A stretch of DNA of 62,229 nt, counting the filler, from Dirinaria sp. TL-2023a (taxonomy: Eukaryota): NCBI GenBank assembly GCA_051941275.1. It is 5 parts of 5 records of this genome, joined end to end, with 100 filler letters (N's around TTAATTAATTAA, not from the genome) between each part and the next. Parts side by side here need not be neighbours in the genome. Positions count along the whole stretch, not along the records: positions 1 to 12,445 come from JAVEBF010000767.1; 4 more parts are not named here. One strand, written 5' to 3'. Made by a program: the position numbers and the translations under genes. The notes beneath the pieces were generated by a model. That model searched no databases, was not told where the DNA came from, and saw only the letters and a list, made by a program, of their open reading frames with translations. Below, piece after piece: positions 1 through 10,469 of this stretch; positions within the stretch are counted from its first letter, which is position 1; every line of letters begins with the position of its first letter.

Positions 1-554
1 CCAGGTAGTCAGCAAGATGGCGTGAGATCCAGGTCATGCCAAAAGATGAAGCGAGCATATCCAAGATTTCTACGGCCTCCATGGAGTTTGACCTAGCAGA
101 GTATATACGGATCAGACTCGACATCTTTTGGGGGTTTCATAAGACTTCCAATCACCTCAAGATGTACCACCACTGCCGGCCTAAGACACAATAACCTGCT
201 ACTGACTACCGCTCAGCATTCGGTGTTAGTACGGCAAGATTCGAAAAGGCTCATCGACAACATTGCAATGAGCAATTCCCCCAGGGACCGTAAATGTACG
301 GCCTATATTTATATATGGATCCTCGACCTTGTTGGCTCGACGGTGTACGCTTGAGCCTGGATGTGCTGGAGTTGCTTCGAGGCTAGATCGGTGAATGGTA
401 AGTCGTAAGTCCTTCCTAGGTCTTCTTGGTCACGTGCTATGCTAGCGGTATTGTACTCGCTTAGCCGGTGGGCCGAATATGTTGCTGTGTGAAAATTACT
501 GACGGGGCTTTTGTTTTATAAAGATCACCCGGCCTCGAAACACTCTCCATCCAT

Positions 555-617
555 CAAGCTCTTACACCGTTCGAGTCATCACCTACCAAGCTCTTACATC
601 GTTCGAGTCATCACAAC
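555..617 (+). repeat. Two-copy ~32-bp tandem direct repeat upstream of orphan gene A
   Basis: CAAGCTCTTACACCGTTCGAGTCATCACCTAC (555-586) is followed by CAAGCTCTTACATCGTTCGAGTCATCACAAC (587-617). Confidence 0.9.
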
Positions 618-759
618 TTCCTGCTCTGAGAAGGCCACCATCCCTTCTCAACTTCTACTCGCTCTCTGCTCGACTCCGATCTGCTCTTGTTGTGGATTTT
701 CCTTCCCCTCGGGTCGTGCTTCGTAGGGACCATCAACGCTCCCAAGACACCGCTCAAAA

Positions 760-1537
760 ATGGCCACATGTGAGTCCACCAACCCTGAGCCTGCTAATAT
801 GAGCTCCACCCTCCCCATAAAAGGTTATTGACGGATGGCTTTGCCAGCGTCGAATGCCAACCACGATGCCGCACGTGTGCTCTGCAAGCACTACGTGGAT
901 TCGTACGACGATCTGCCAGGAGCTGGGGAGTCTCGACCACGCGCCCCTATGTTCCGCCAAGCACCTCCTCCCCACCTGAGCCAGGAGGAGAGCGACCGCT
1001 ACGATGACAACTACAGCAGTAAGTCTCATTGAACTACATATATCTCCCCTAACCATAGGATGCTGACATGCTTCAGTCTTGGTCGAGACCCTGCTCGCCG
1101 CGCCCACTGGGAAGAGATCCCAGGCAGACAAGTAATTTAACCTCTTTGTCTCCTTAAGGCTTCGAATGCTAACTCACCACAGGAAGTCCCGGGCGCGCCT
1201 TCAACTATGGGAGCTGTGGTCGACTTCACTGGCTCGCCACGAGGCTCAGAGCGCGGCGGCCTCCTCCTCCTCGACCGCCCAGGTCACAGGGCCCCAGAGC
1301 CAACAAGGGGTCGAGGACGCAGGGCAACCGGCCGACGGGGAAGAAGAGCCGGCCAACGGCGAAGAAGAGGACTCTCCGTCTGACGAAGGAGAGTACTACA
1401 TCGACTTCGACGCCGCGGTGGCGAGAAACCCAGAGTCGGTCATCGGCTCCCGGTTCACGCCCATCAATCGCCCGCCCACTCCCATGGAGGAACGGATCGC
1501 TCTGGCCCGCGAGCAGTGCCGCCGCCCCCGCCGTTAG
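760..1537 (+). CDS. Hypothetical protein A (~196 aa, 4 exons), paralog of 3125-3632, with an acidic disordered C-terminal tail
   Basis: Exons 760-769, 848-1018, 1077-1131, 1183-1537. Donors GTGAGT/GTAAGT/GTAATT, YAG acceptors and TGAC/CTAAC branch sites. Splices in frame to MATSSNANHDAARVLCKHYVDSY...ILVETLLAAPTGKRSQADKKSRARLQLWELW...RRPRR*. Confidence 0.8.
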
Positions 1538-1715
1538 GATGCAGATGGAAAAGGGAGACGGAGGAGAGCATGAGAGAGACCCGACTTTTCTTTTGTTTTT
1601 TTTTCTTTACTTCCTAGCATAGCACGTAGATAGAAACGATATTACATTTGAAGATAGTCTATGACCTTGCATTCGGCTATCATGAGCTCCTTTCCCCTTA
1701 AACTTCCCTCCCTGA

Positions 1716-2718
1716 ATGAACCTCGTTCTCATGCTCCACATGATGAAGAGGCAGTGCCTTCTCATACTACTGCTGAATTCTATCATAGTACTACCTTGGC
1801 GGCTTCGCTTCACAAGGACACTACTGGGAGCAACTGCTCCACTTGACAAAGGTGATGTACAGCCTCAACACAAATCGATATACCTAGCTCCTGGTAAAAG
1901 GCATCAAGTAGCCCATGTGCTACGCGCTGACAAGTGTGAGTCCCACCTTCTTGGTTACCTTACTAGGCCATCATTTTCGTATCTTGACCATGGAACTCAT
2001 ACAGTCTTTCTGGATCTGCCTGTTTGAAAGTGTTCATCATCGTTGCACTACCTTAGTCTATCATCATATCATGAGCCCATCGTGTTGAATTCCTGCGCCC
2101 AGAATCAGGGCTTCGAGGACTCGAGGCTGGGTTTCAGATAAGTACGCTACTATTACGGTATAAAATGGTCCTATGTACATGTACTTGAATTCCGAGCTTT
2201 CATGCTCCGGCTCAGGGCTTATGCTCAGCACTGACTGCAGTAACTCTTCTCTCTATGAACTGAGGGTATTCCTGTCAAAGGTGGAGAGACTCTGTACCCA
2301 TCATAGATTGAGCAACAACACATCGATGTGAAACCTCAAGATCTTGTACTTGCATGAGGTAAGTTGGATCTCCTTTCCAAGATTCTCAAAAAGCAGGGGC
2401 TTGGGATCTAATCACTCAGATACAGTCACTACAGTGGCTATGTAGCAAACTAATTGTGAAAGCATTGTTGCTGAACACATGTTGACTTTCACAGACGATC
2501 ACAATATCGGTCATAAGATAATTAACATCATTCCTCTGTCTTACCTCGGGTGACATTCCCATGTTAATGAACTCCAAGCACATCATAGAATGTGATATTA
2601 TCAAGGATTGCAGAAATTTTCAGATTCGTTGTGTGTTGAACCTGTTACCTCATTTCCTTTCTGTGAGAGCTGCAGGAAACAACACCATTATGAACACTTC
2701 TGTGAAAAATGGTGTTAG
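1716..2718 (+). pseudogene. Degenerate spliced gene with in-frame TGA stops, ending in a CxxC-H-C zinc-knuckle-like motif
   Basis: Intron-like signals (GTAAGT 2359...CTAAT-CACTCAG 2418; TTGAC-TTTCACAG 2494) join phase-consistent frames (...LYELRVFLSKVERLC...M*NLKILYLHE/IQSLQWL/YDHNIGHK...LG*HS...RM*YY...FCESCRKQHHYEHFCEKWC*). The region is strongly CpG-depleted. The 5' limit is uncertain. Confidence 0.5.
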
Positions 2719-3124
2719 AACACTTGAATAAGGTACCTTATGATCAAAAATTCTGGACCATGACACCTTTTGAACCTCGGCTCTCGGTTCAACTCCTGGC
2801 TTCATTTCCATCATCTGCTCTTCTCTACGTCATCTATAAACTAGTGCCTGGTGTCGACCTCTGTTTATACGCGTGTTTTGTATATATGCTATATAGGCGC
2901 GTCGTTTTAGACACTCTCCATATCATCTGTCACATGTCAGCGTATATATACTCCAGTTCTGGATCCAAATCTGTTACCTCTCTTTTCTTCTCAACCACAT
3001 TTCACCAAGTGATTACCTCGATCCATCCACATACTTCCACAACAACCATTCCATCAGCTCTACCATCCTAAACTGCCTCTTCACACAACCACTGCTTCAC
3101 TACATTATCTGAATATTGTTCAAC

Positions 3125-3632
3125 ATGGCATCAGGTGGGTCAATCGTCTCTCCTTCTCAAGATAAGAGGAATTGACAGACTGCTCCTCAGCATCAGCATC
3201 GACCACTCAACATGATGCTGCCCGTAATCGCTGCACTTACTATGTCAGCTCCTACGTCGATCTCCCCGATGACGGAGAGCCGCGCCCTCGTGGCGCCATG
3301 TTTTCGAGACAGCCGCCTCCTGATCTAGATCAGGAGCAAAGAGATCTATATGATCATCATTATTGGAGTAAGTGTCCTTGAGCTGCGTCATTTTTTCGGA
3401 GGGTCGAGCCCATGCTGACATTGCTTCTTCAGTCTTGGTCAACACGTTGACCGCACTGCCGACTGGGAAACGCTCCCAGGGCGACAAGTAAGTTGGCTGC
3501 TCCATCCTCATAGACGATTGACGCTGATGCCTCAACAGATGTTCGCGCGCCCGGCGGGAGTTGTGGAACTTGTGGGCCTTGTCCTATGAGAATTGCCTGG
3601 CCGGAATCATGGAAGAGCTGTCAGCACCATAG
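3125..3632 (+). CDS. Hypothetical protein B (~111 aa, 4 exons), paralog of 760-1537
   Basis: Exons 3125-3134, 3191-3367, 3433-3487, 3539-3632. Same three intron positions and phases as gene A. 53/83 identical residues, ungapped, over the HDAAR...LW core. Confidence 0.8.
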
Positions 3633-3993
3633 ACACTGGTTCGGGCGCGGACTGATATCTCGGAGACAGCGGAGCAACTGGTTGTTTTATTGCGTGTTTT
3701 ATTCCTTGTTTTACGATCCCTGTTCAGAGCTTAGAAAAGTGTTGGCGACGAAGATTATTAAATTGTTTTTTTAAGAAGAGAGACGACCCCTTGACTTTCT
3801 ATGTGTTTGCCATTTGTGTTGCAAGTGAGAAAAAGAGAATTACGGAATCATCCCGATGTTCGACAGGGCTGAGAGAATGACTGGTCTAACCTGATTCGGT
3901 ACATTCTCCGAGGTATAGCCGTAAGGCGATGCTTTCAGCGTAAGAGTATCGAGAGTATCATATCTAAGGTAGGAGTTTCGCCATAGACTTGAT

Positions 3994-4245
3994 ATGGCCT
4001 GCACACTATCTGGTGCTTGGAAGCCAGACGAGCGATCATATCAAGATTGCAGTTCAGCCTGGAAACTGGAAGGCAATAGGTACCACGATTGTTCAAAGCA
4101 GCTAGCTATGCCTGAGCTGCAAGGCAGAGGCCGACCAGCTCCTTCGCATGCAAGCCCCTTCCTGAATCCTTGGGCACAAATTTTAGCCCGCGTTCGCTTT
4201 GTTCAATGGGAAGTGTTTCGAAGCTGTTCCTACATTGCTACCTAG
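3994..4245 (+). CDS. Possible small protein (83 aa) with an internal 14-aa repeat AWKxxxxxYxDCS
   Basis: The ORF contains AWKPDERSYQDCS and AWKLEGNRYHDCS. Conserved residues differ mostly at third codon positions. Confidence 0.25.
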   Translation: MACTLSGAWKPDERSYQDCSSAWKLEGNRYHDCSKQLAMPELQGRGRPAPSHASPFLNPWAQILARVRFVQWEVFRSCSYIAT

Positions 4246-4574
4246 AATGGACCTTTGGTCTTGTTCTTCCTGAGCTTCACTCAGGGTTCATCCACTGAAA
4301 TGTTGACACATTCGCCCGGAAATCCTGTACGAGAGTGGCTTGGCGGTGGAGCTCCTCGCAACAATAGAACCGAAAGTGGCTGGATGATAGATGATCTACG
4401 CTTGAAGCAATCCTTTCAGGGGCACGAAAAACTGCGCCTCAAGACTACCTTATGGATCGCTGCCTACAAATACAGCACACTCGTCTCTATATATCTCAGA
4501 TCACTCAATATATTCGAAGCTCCATAACTTCACAAATTGTCGACACCAGCATCTATTCAAGACCAAATCGAGTC

Positions 4575-4952
4575 ATGGCAATCCAGCAACCTCTCCATAC
4601 CCCCGCTGAACATCTCACCCACGACCAAGCCCAAGCTCTCAAGATCCATAACGAAGGTCAATGATCACCGTCGCCTTCCCCAATCTCCTCAAATCAACAC
4701 TGACACTTTTTACTCCAGCCCGCGAAACAGCAAGCGAAAACCACTCTCATCCCCGTCCCGCTCTGGTGTGGGACGCTCATCTTGCGGCCGACGCTGAGAA
4801 ATGGGCGAGGCATCTTGCGAACGAGAACAAGGGTCTCCAGCATAGTACTGGGGACCAGAGGCCCGGCGAGGGCGAGAATCTGTTTTGGATGAGTGCGGGA
4901 GGAGATTTGGCAGATGCGACCCAGTACGTTTATTCACCCTTTATCAACTGCT

Positions 4953-4988
<36 letters not shown>

Positions 4989-5340
4989 CAACGCACGCCT
5001 TCTCTGAAACAGAGCTAATCCATGGTCTCGCTCGCAGAGGATGGGTAAATGAGCGCAAAGACTACCATGGCGAAAAAGTCGGTGAGGGAGATTTTGCAGC
5101 TTATGGGCATTTCACCCAGGTAAGCACCTTCTATTGCTTCTCATATCCTCTCGCGTTCGCTTGCCTTCTCGTTACTAAATCGAATCATACGCGGCTGAAA
5201 TCGCTACTCAGGTCATCTGGCCAACGACCACACGAGTGGGCCTCGCTTCCGCTAAAAGTAGCGATGGAGGGAAGTTCATTGTTGGACGATATTCTGCCCC
5301 GGGGAACTTTACTGGGGAGAGTGCCTTTACAGGAAAGTGA
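4575..5340 (+). CDS. CAP/SCP/PR-1 (PRY-like) domain protein, 4 exons
   Basis: The spliced product has HN-x-R, L-x-WD-x-LA-x-A-x-WA, H-S...GENL, GHFTQVIW..T.RVG and RY..PGNF CAP motifs. Introns at ~4657-4718, 4924-5037, 5120-5211. Confidence 0.92.
4954..4988 (+). repeat. Poly(T)35 homopolymer inside CAP gene intron 2
   Basis: Directly visible. It explains the spurious poly-Phe in the ORF track. Confidence 0.95.
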
Positions 5341-5682
5341 AAATAGGGTAAGATGATGAGTAGCTTGTGTGCTGCCGATTCGAAGCACCGGGCGAGAAAT
5401 ACGCTTGTGGAGGTGAGTTTGATGAAATTTGTGGACACAGCTGTAGGCTGCTAGTTACCTCTCATTTTCCTTGAAACAACGCCAACCCTTCTGGAAGCCG
5501 GCGCCTCATATCTATTCCATGGAAGTACTCTAAAAGGGAATCATACAATTGCTCAAAAAGCGCCCATGTTTTCCGGGGGTTCACTCGTTTCTCGAGCTTC
5601 CCTGTGAACAGATATCAGGATGCTCGATCCTGTGACGTACCTCTGACGGCACCACATCTTTGGCGTCTTAAAACATGAAGAT

Positions 5683-6766
5683 TCAAGGCTTCGATATGCT
5701 TGCAGCGCTACCGGTACCGAGCTCTACAATGACATTTCCATCTTGGCCTATCGTGGTCAGCCTATTTCTCTAAAACTAGTGGGAGTATTGCAGCGGACCT
5801 AGCCCGTATGCGGTCCCAACTTCGCCGAATCTGGCACACATGTCGTCAAGTGCTACCATGGCTTCCCATATATGGTATGTGCTTTCCCAATCTTCGGCAC
5901 CTGCCACGTCGACTGTGTAGATACAGTCTTGCAGTGCTGAAAGGAAAACTCTCAGCAACAACTTATAAGGATCGTGTACAGCGTCTGACTTACCGGGTTG
6001 CACGACGTATGGAACCGTCAAATCTCCCGGACCCGCCCCTTCGTGCAGAAGCTTGACTTTATAGCTTGTGAGCCCCACATCGTGACATATTTCGCCACAA
6101 TCTTGAGGAGCAAAACCACGAGGTCTGTCGCAACGCACGTGGGGCGTGTAGGCTGTCACTGTTATGGACAAATGCCGATGCCGACCTTATTCTCGCATTA
6201 AGATCATTTTCACTCATCAAATCGAGTCTAGGCCTACCTAGGCTAGTAGCTAATCCACCCTCACTAGGTTGAGCACGGGTTACGCAGTTAAAGATCAGTT
6301 CGTCTGCCGCGCTTCGAATATCCTTCCAGCTGGCTTGGTCCACTACGGCTCCAGATATGTCAATAGTTAAGGCGCAATTACCATCGGCTTCAACCTTGTC
6401 AGCACATGCCGAGAGTAACTTGAGTAGAGCCTTGTTCTCACCGCTCAAAGATCGAGCTGGAAGTGGCACGTCAAAGCTCCCTCGGTCACGACTTCCAAAA
6501 TTCGCCACATCCTGCGTTGAGTCAAATTGAAACAACGCGTCTAAGCAGCTGGTAATCCGAAGATCCCAGCCAAAAGAGGTGCCGCTGCAGAAAATCCTTG
6601 TCTCATTGAGAGAAGAAGCGTTATTGCTTGAAGGCTGCGTTCCATTGATGGCGCTGTCTAAGGAGGTGGCTTTTCTCGAGGTAACGTAAGATGGGGTCCG
6701 AGATCGGATGGCAAAGCTACTTCCAATGCAGAGAAGTGCTGCAATGCTTTGCAGCCAAACCGGCAT
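5683..6766 (-). CDS. Secreted Cys-rich protein with two tandem related domains (effector-like; possibly KP4/Ecp2-type fold)
   Basis: N-terminal signal peptide MPVWLQSIAALLCIGSSFA. Two repeats of C...C...P...C...W/Y..I..A...L...C...G. Five exons join ORFs 6059-6766 and 5776-6171 to a last exon GQDGNVIVELGTGSAASISKP*. Confidence 0.75.
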
Positions 6767-9040
6767 GACGACGCTAAATTTATCATTGAAAGCGGTGCGA
6801 ATCCTGTTTTGAGGTGAAAACGCATCGAAAGAAAAGAACAGCAGCCAACTCTTCTACCAGTAACGACGACAAGTATCTGTCAGCTTAATCAATTTCAAGT
6901 AGGTCGATAAGAGGCTTGTAATTCTTAATGCCAAGAAGCTTTCTCACCAGTGCGACAGAAAGTTTTGCACGATTGTCGCTTAGATATTCGTGCCGAGTTC
7001 CATCGGATCAAAGTGCTTTGGATGCCATCATCTCGCGATTGGGTCGGTTGACATCCCATCGACGATCTACCTAGAGTCACATCGATAACGGGACTGCTTA
7101 CAGATTATTATCCTTCGATTGCTGGACGATCGTGAGTTCCTCGCTCGATGGTACTGAGTCGCTGCAAATCAGAAACGTGTCAAGCCTTCTGCCATGTGTT
7201 CAAGGGCTGAATCAATAACATGACCCGGAAGCCTTCAATTTTTCGGACTCCGATGGTAAAGCTGATCGGAGCTAAATTTCGAGAGTCTTGTCATTCCAAG
7301 CTGCCAAGATTTCCCGAGTCTGATTGCAGTCTCTGATAAGTGGTAAATATAAATTTTCTCTGAGTTATTCATAAGCCGGACCTAGATCTTCTGCTGACTT
7401 AACGATATAACCTCTCCACCTCCATGTGGTCATTGCATGATACTACTACTGACTCAAACAAGTGCTATGCTGAAGGCATCAATATACGAAACGAATTCTT
7501 ATACTGAGGAAAGCGGCTACCCTCTTTTCGTTCTTCCTCTTCATTTTTTCCTTCTCTTTGGACAGTCAAGAAAAGTTTGAGAACTGTTAAGTCGTTCGTC
7601 CTGTGGTAGCGATCATGGTGCACTGCTAGGCTGAGCTCGTTGTCAGGCTAAGGTACAACGAAGTCGGACAATGGGAAACCGCTTTCGTGCAGATGACTCC
7701 CTTGCTGGAGATTCTCGCTCTTGGGCTTCGGGATGGAAAAAGTGCCAAATTCTCTAGCCAGAGAGTAACCTGCATGACCTGACACTCGACTCAAGGATGA
7801 TGAATTGACCGGATAGACAACGGAATAGGAAACTCCTCCTGTAGCTAGGTCTAGCATCCCACGAATGGGTTATCTCGTACGATTGATGATCTTGCAAAGC
7901 GAGGCTATACCAAATATTCGGCCTACAAGCGTGATTAGAGCTTGATAATACTGAGCGTGGTTGATCGCTTAACGAGACGGGAACGTGTGGGAAATTCCTT
8001 CCTAGATGGTTTGCTTGAAACAGAAATCACTGCGCAAACCTAGAGATCAAGCAGCATTAAGAGCAACAATCCGAATCTCTTGTTCTCCATCATTGTACAT
8101 ACTGGACCTTATTCAGCCTATGAATGGTAAGATTACGTTCTGACCCCCTTGAGGCACTTGGCTGCATCGACGTCACTATCTTGGCAGTCTTGGCATTGAC
8201 GGGCACCTCCTGGCAGTCAGCGCTTGTGTCAAAGTCAAACTCATCATGGAGGATCCCTCAACAATAATAATGAACAATAATAATACGTTGACTGCTGGAT
8301 TCTAAGCAAGTGCGACCGGATGAGGACAATCGCCTGACGGCCGAGTATCTGCTCTTCCAATAATAATGCCCGCTTGTTGGAGCGGGAGGCTGCATAATCG
8401 ATAGCATCTATGAAGCGACTTGAACTCTTAACAAACGGGTTCACCGTAGCCCTTGAGGTAAAATGGCTGTACAGTTCGTGGCAGCAACTCGACAAGCCAG
8501 CAACATGAGTGGTGAGAAGTAATTACCCGTGGGTGGCACAGGTCAGCTAGTGGGGAGTCTACGGTTGGTTTTCGCAACAGGAATCCCTCCATACGCGCTG
8601 CCCGTGAAGCGTATATGCGCCATCCATCGCTTAACAGCTTCACTCATGCGACTTTCGTACGTCAGTTGAAGATGTTATGTTTGGTACCGTCGTGAAGTTC
8701 ACAGAGATATATGAGGCTTCATGAAGGCACGCTCAACGCAACATTCCGGGGCCCTTTCATTCCACAAAATGGATAATTAGAGGGAAATGGCGTGTGGATG
8801 CATGCGATCTACGAATTCTCTAGACAGCTTGCAAGCGGCTCCTTGCGGCGTTCACGGCTCAGTAAAAATAGGATTCACCAGTTCCTTTTACCAAATGAAT
8901 CGCCAGAGGAGGATCGTTCTCGTGGCACTGCCACCATATCATCTAGCATTTAAAGAGTGCGAGAAGTAGTCATTCTAATCTTTCTTTGATCGTCTCTCTT
9001 CGGCTGTTGTGTCCTGATGCTTGTTTTATTCTCTTCTATC

Positions 9041-10469
9041 ATGCTTCATTCTTATCAATTCATCTGGGCTACTAGCCTCATCTATCTCGCGGGATGTTCC
9101 CCAGTTATCCAATCTCGTAGCCCTTCTAGCCTGCAGCCCAGGCAGGCTGAGGATTGCCGTGGTCTCCAATCCATACCCAATTCGGCGTGCTGGGATACTC
9201 TCAACATTACCCAGTATCTCAATGATTCAACCACCGGCTGGGCAAAGACTACCCCAATCTGCAAGCCAGGCGCTCAAGACTCGAACTGCTGTCATCAAGG
9301 CGAAGCATGGTCCACTTGCTTTCTCCGTCTTGCCGGAGGACCGACCGGCGCATATTGCACGGCCGTTGACCAAGGGTTATGCCAAGGGACGTCCGTTTTT
9401 GCGAACTTAGCTCCTAGCATTCGGGCTCAAGTTCGATACGTTCTGATTGGCATCCTGAAAATACATGATCTTTTCATGACCTTGGATTTAAGTAAGTACG
9501 CTGTGTCTTGTCTCTTTGAATCCAATTAATGCGTGATCCAGCGCTACGAGTATCCCGAGATTTAGCAAGGCAAACGCAAACATCGTTGTCTACCGCACTC
9601 AATTACACAGGGCCGTTGCCCGATCAGAGTATCGTCAACGACACTCTTACTATGGGTCCATCTTTCCTCTATGTACGCGGATCAAACTTTCTTATTAGCC
9701 TCGCTCATTCCTAGAATAGACTTTTGCCGAAACCGAGGGCCCTTCAGACGCATATGGACCTTCCCAGAATCTAACCTATAGCCTCGAGCAAGCGCCCGCA
9801 GTCAGCAAAGCATTATGGCCCAACACCACAAGCTTGCGGAACGCCTCAACTTCCGCTTTACTAAACGCCGGTCTTGACCTTATCATGCGGGACGTGCCAA
9901 CTTTCGTCGCCTTCGCCAGCGGTGGACAATATGCCGCCGCGCAGCCCCCGGTATTTGACACGAACGACAACAATGACGCTCTCGTTTCCGCCGCGCAGAC
10001 GTACTCGACCTCCGTGACGTTGAAGCAAGATGGCTGGTATGCCGTTATCGGAGGCCCAAGCAGCAGCAGCAGCAGCACCGCGCTCCGGAATTTTGGTTAC
10101 GTGAATCTGACTCAGGGCTCGCGCGCCTACACAAATTCCTCCGGGGCGGCGCTGTACGAGTCGTCCGTTACCAGAAACATATACTCGTTTCAACACCGCG
10201 GAAATTCGACTCTTAGTCCCATCCAACTGGTGAACGAGATCGATTCCCAAGGCTGGGCCGCGCTGGAGGTCCTCTTCGACGGCTCGTTCAATTGCACGTC
10301 TCATGGGCCTCCTGAACCGGGGCTGGTGGGCGTGGGGAGGGACGGCTCGTTGGATTTCGGCTGTCTGTCGAGTCTGCCCATCTTCCTCGGTTGTGGACAA
10401 GCGTGTCCCACGACTAGAAGGGCGGGAGGGAAATGTCCGTTTGCGTATGAGTATGCGAAGGGGTGTTGA
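9041..10469 (+). CDS. Secreted Cys-rich hypothetical glycoprotein, 3 exons
   Basis: Signal peptide and PRQ propeptide-like site. CWDTLNI...CC...WSTCFLRL N-terminal domain, several N-x-S/T sequons and a Cys-rich C-terminus. Introns ~9492-9541 and 9673-9719 join ORFs 9017, 9529 and 9834 in frame. Confidence 0.8.

Noticed and set aside
4661..5356. 231-aa ORF with a poly-Phe run
   Set aside because: Read-through of introns; the poly(T) lies in intron 2 of the CAP gene.
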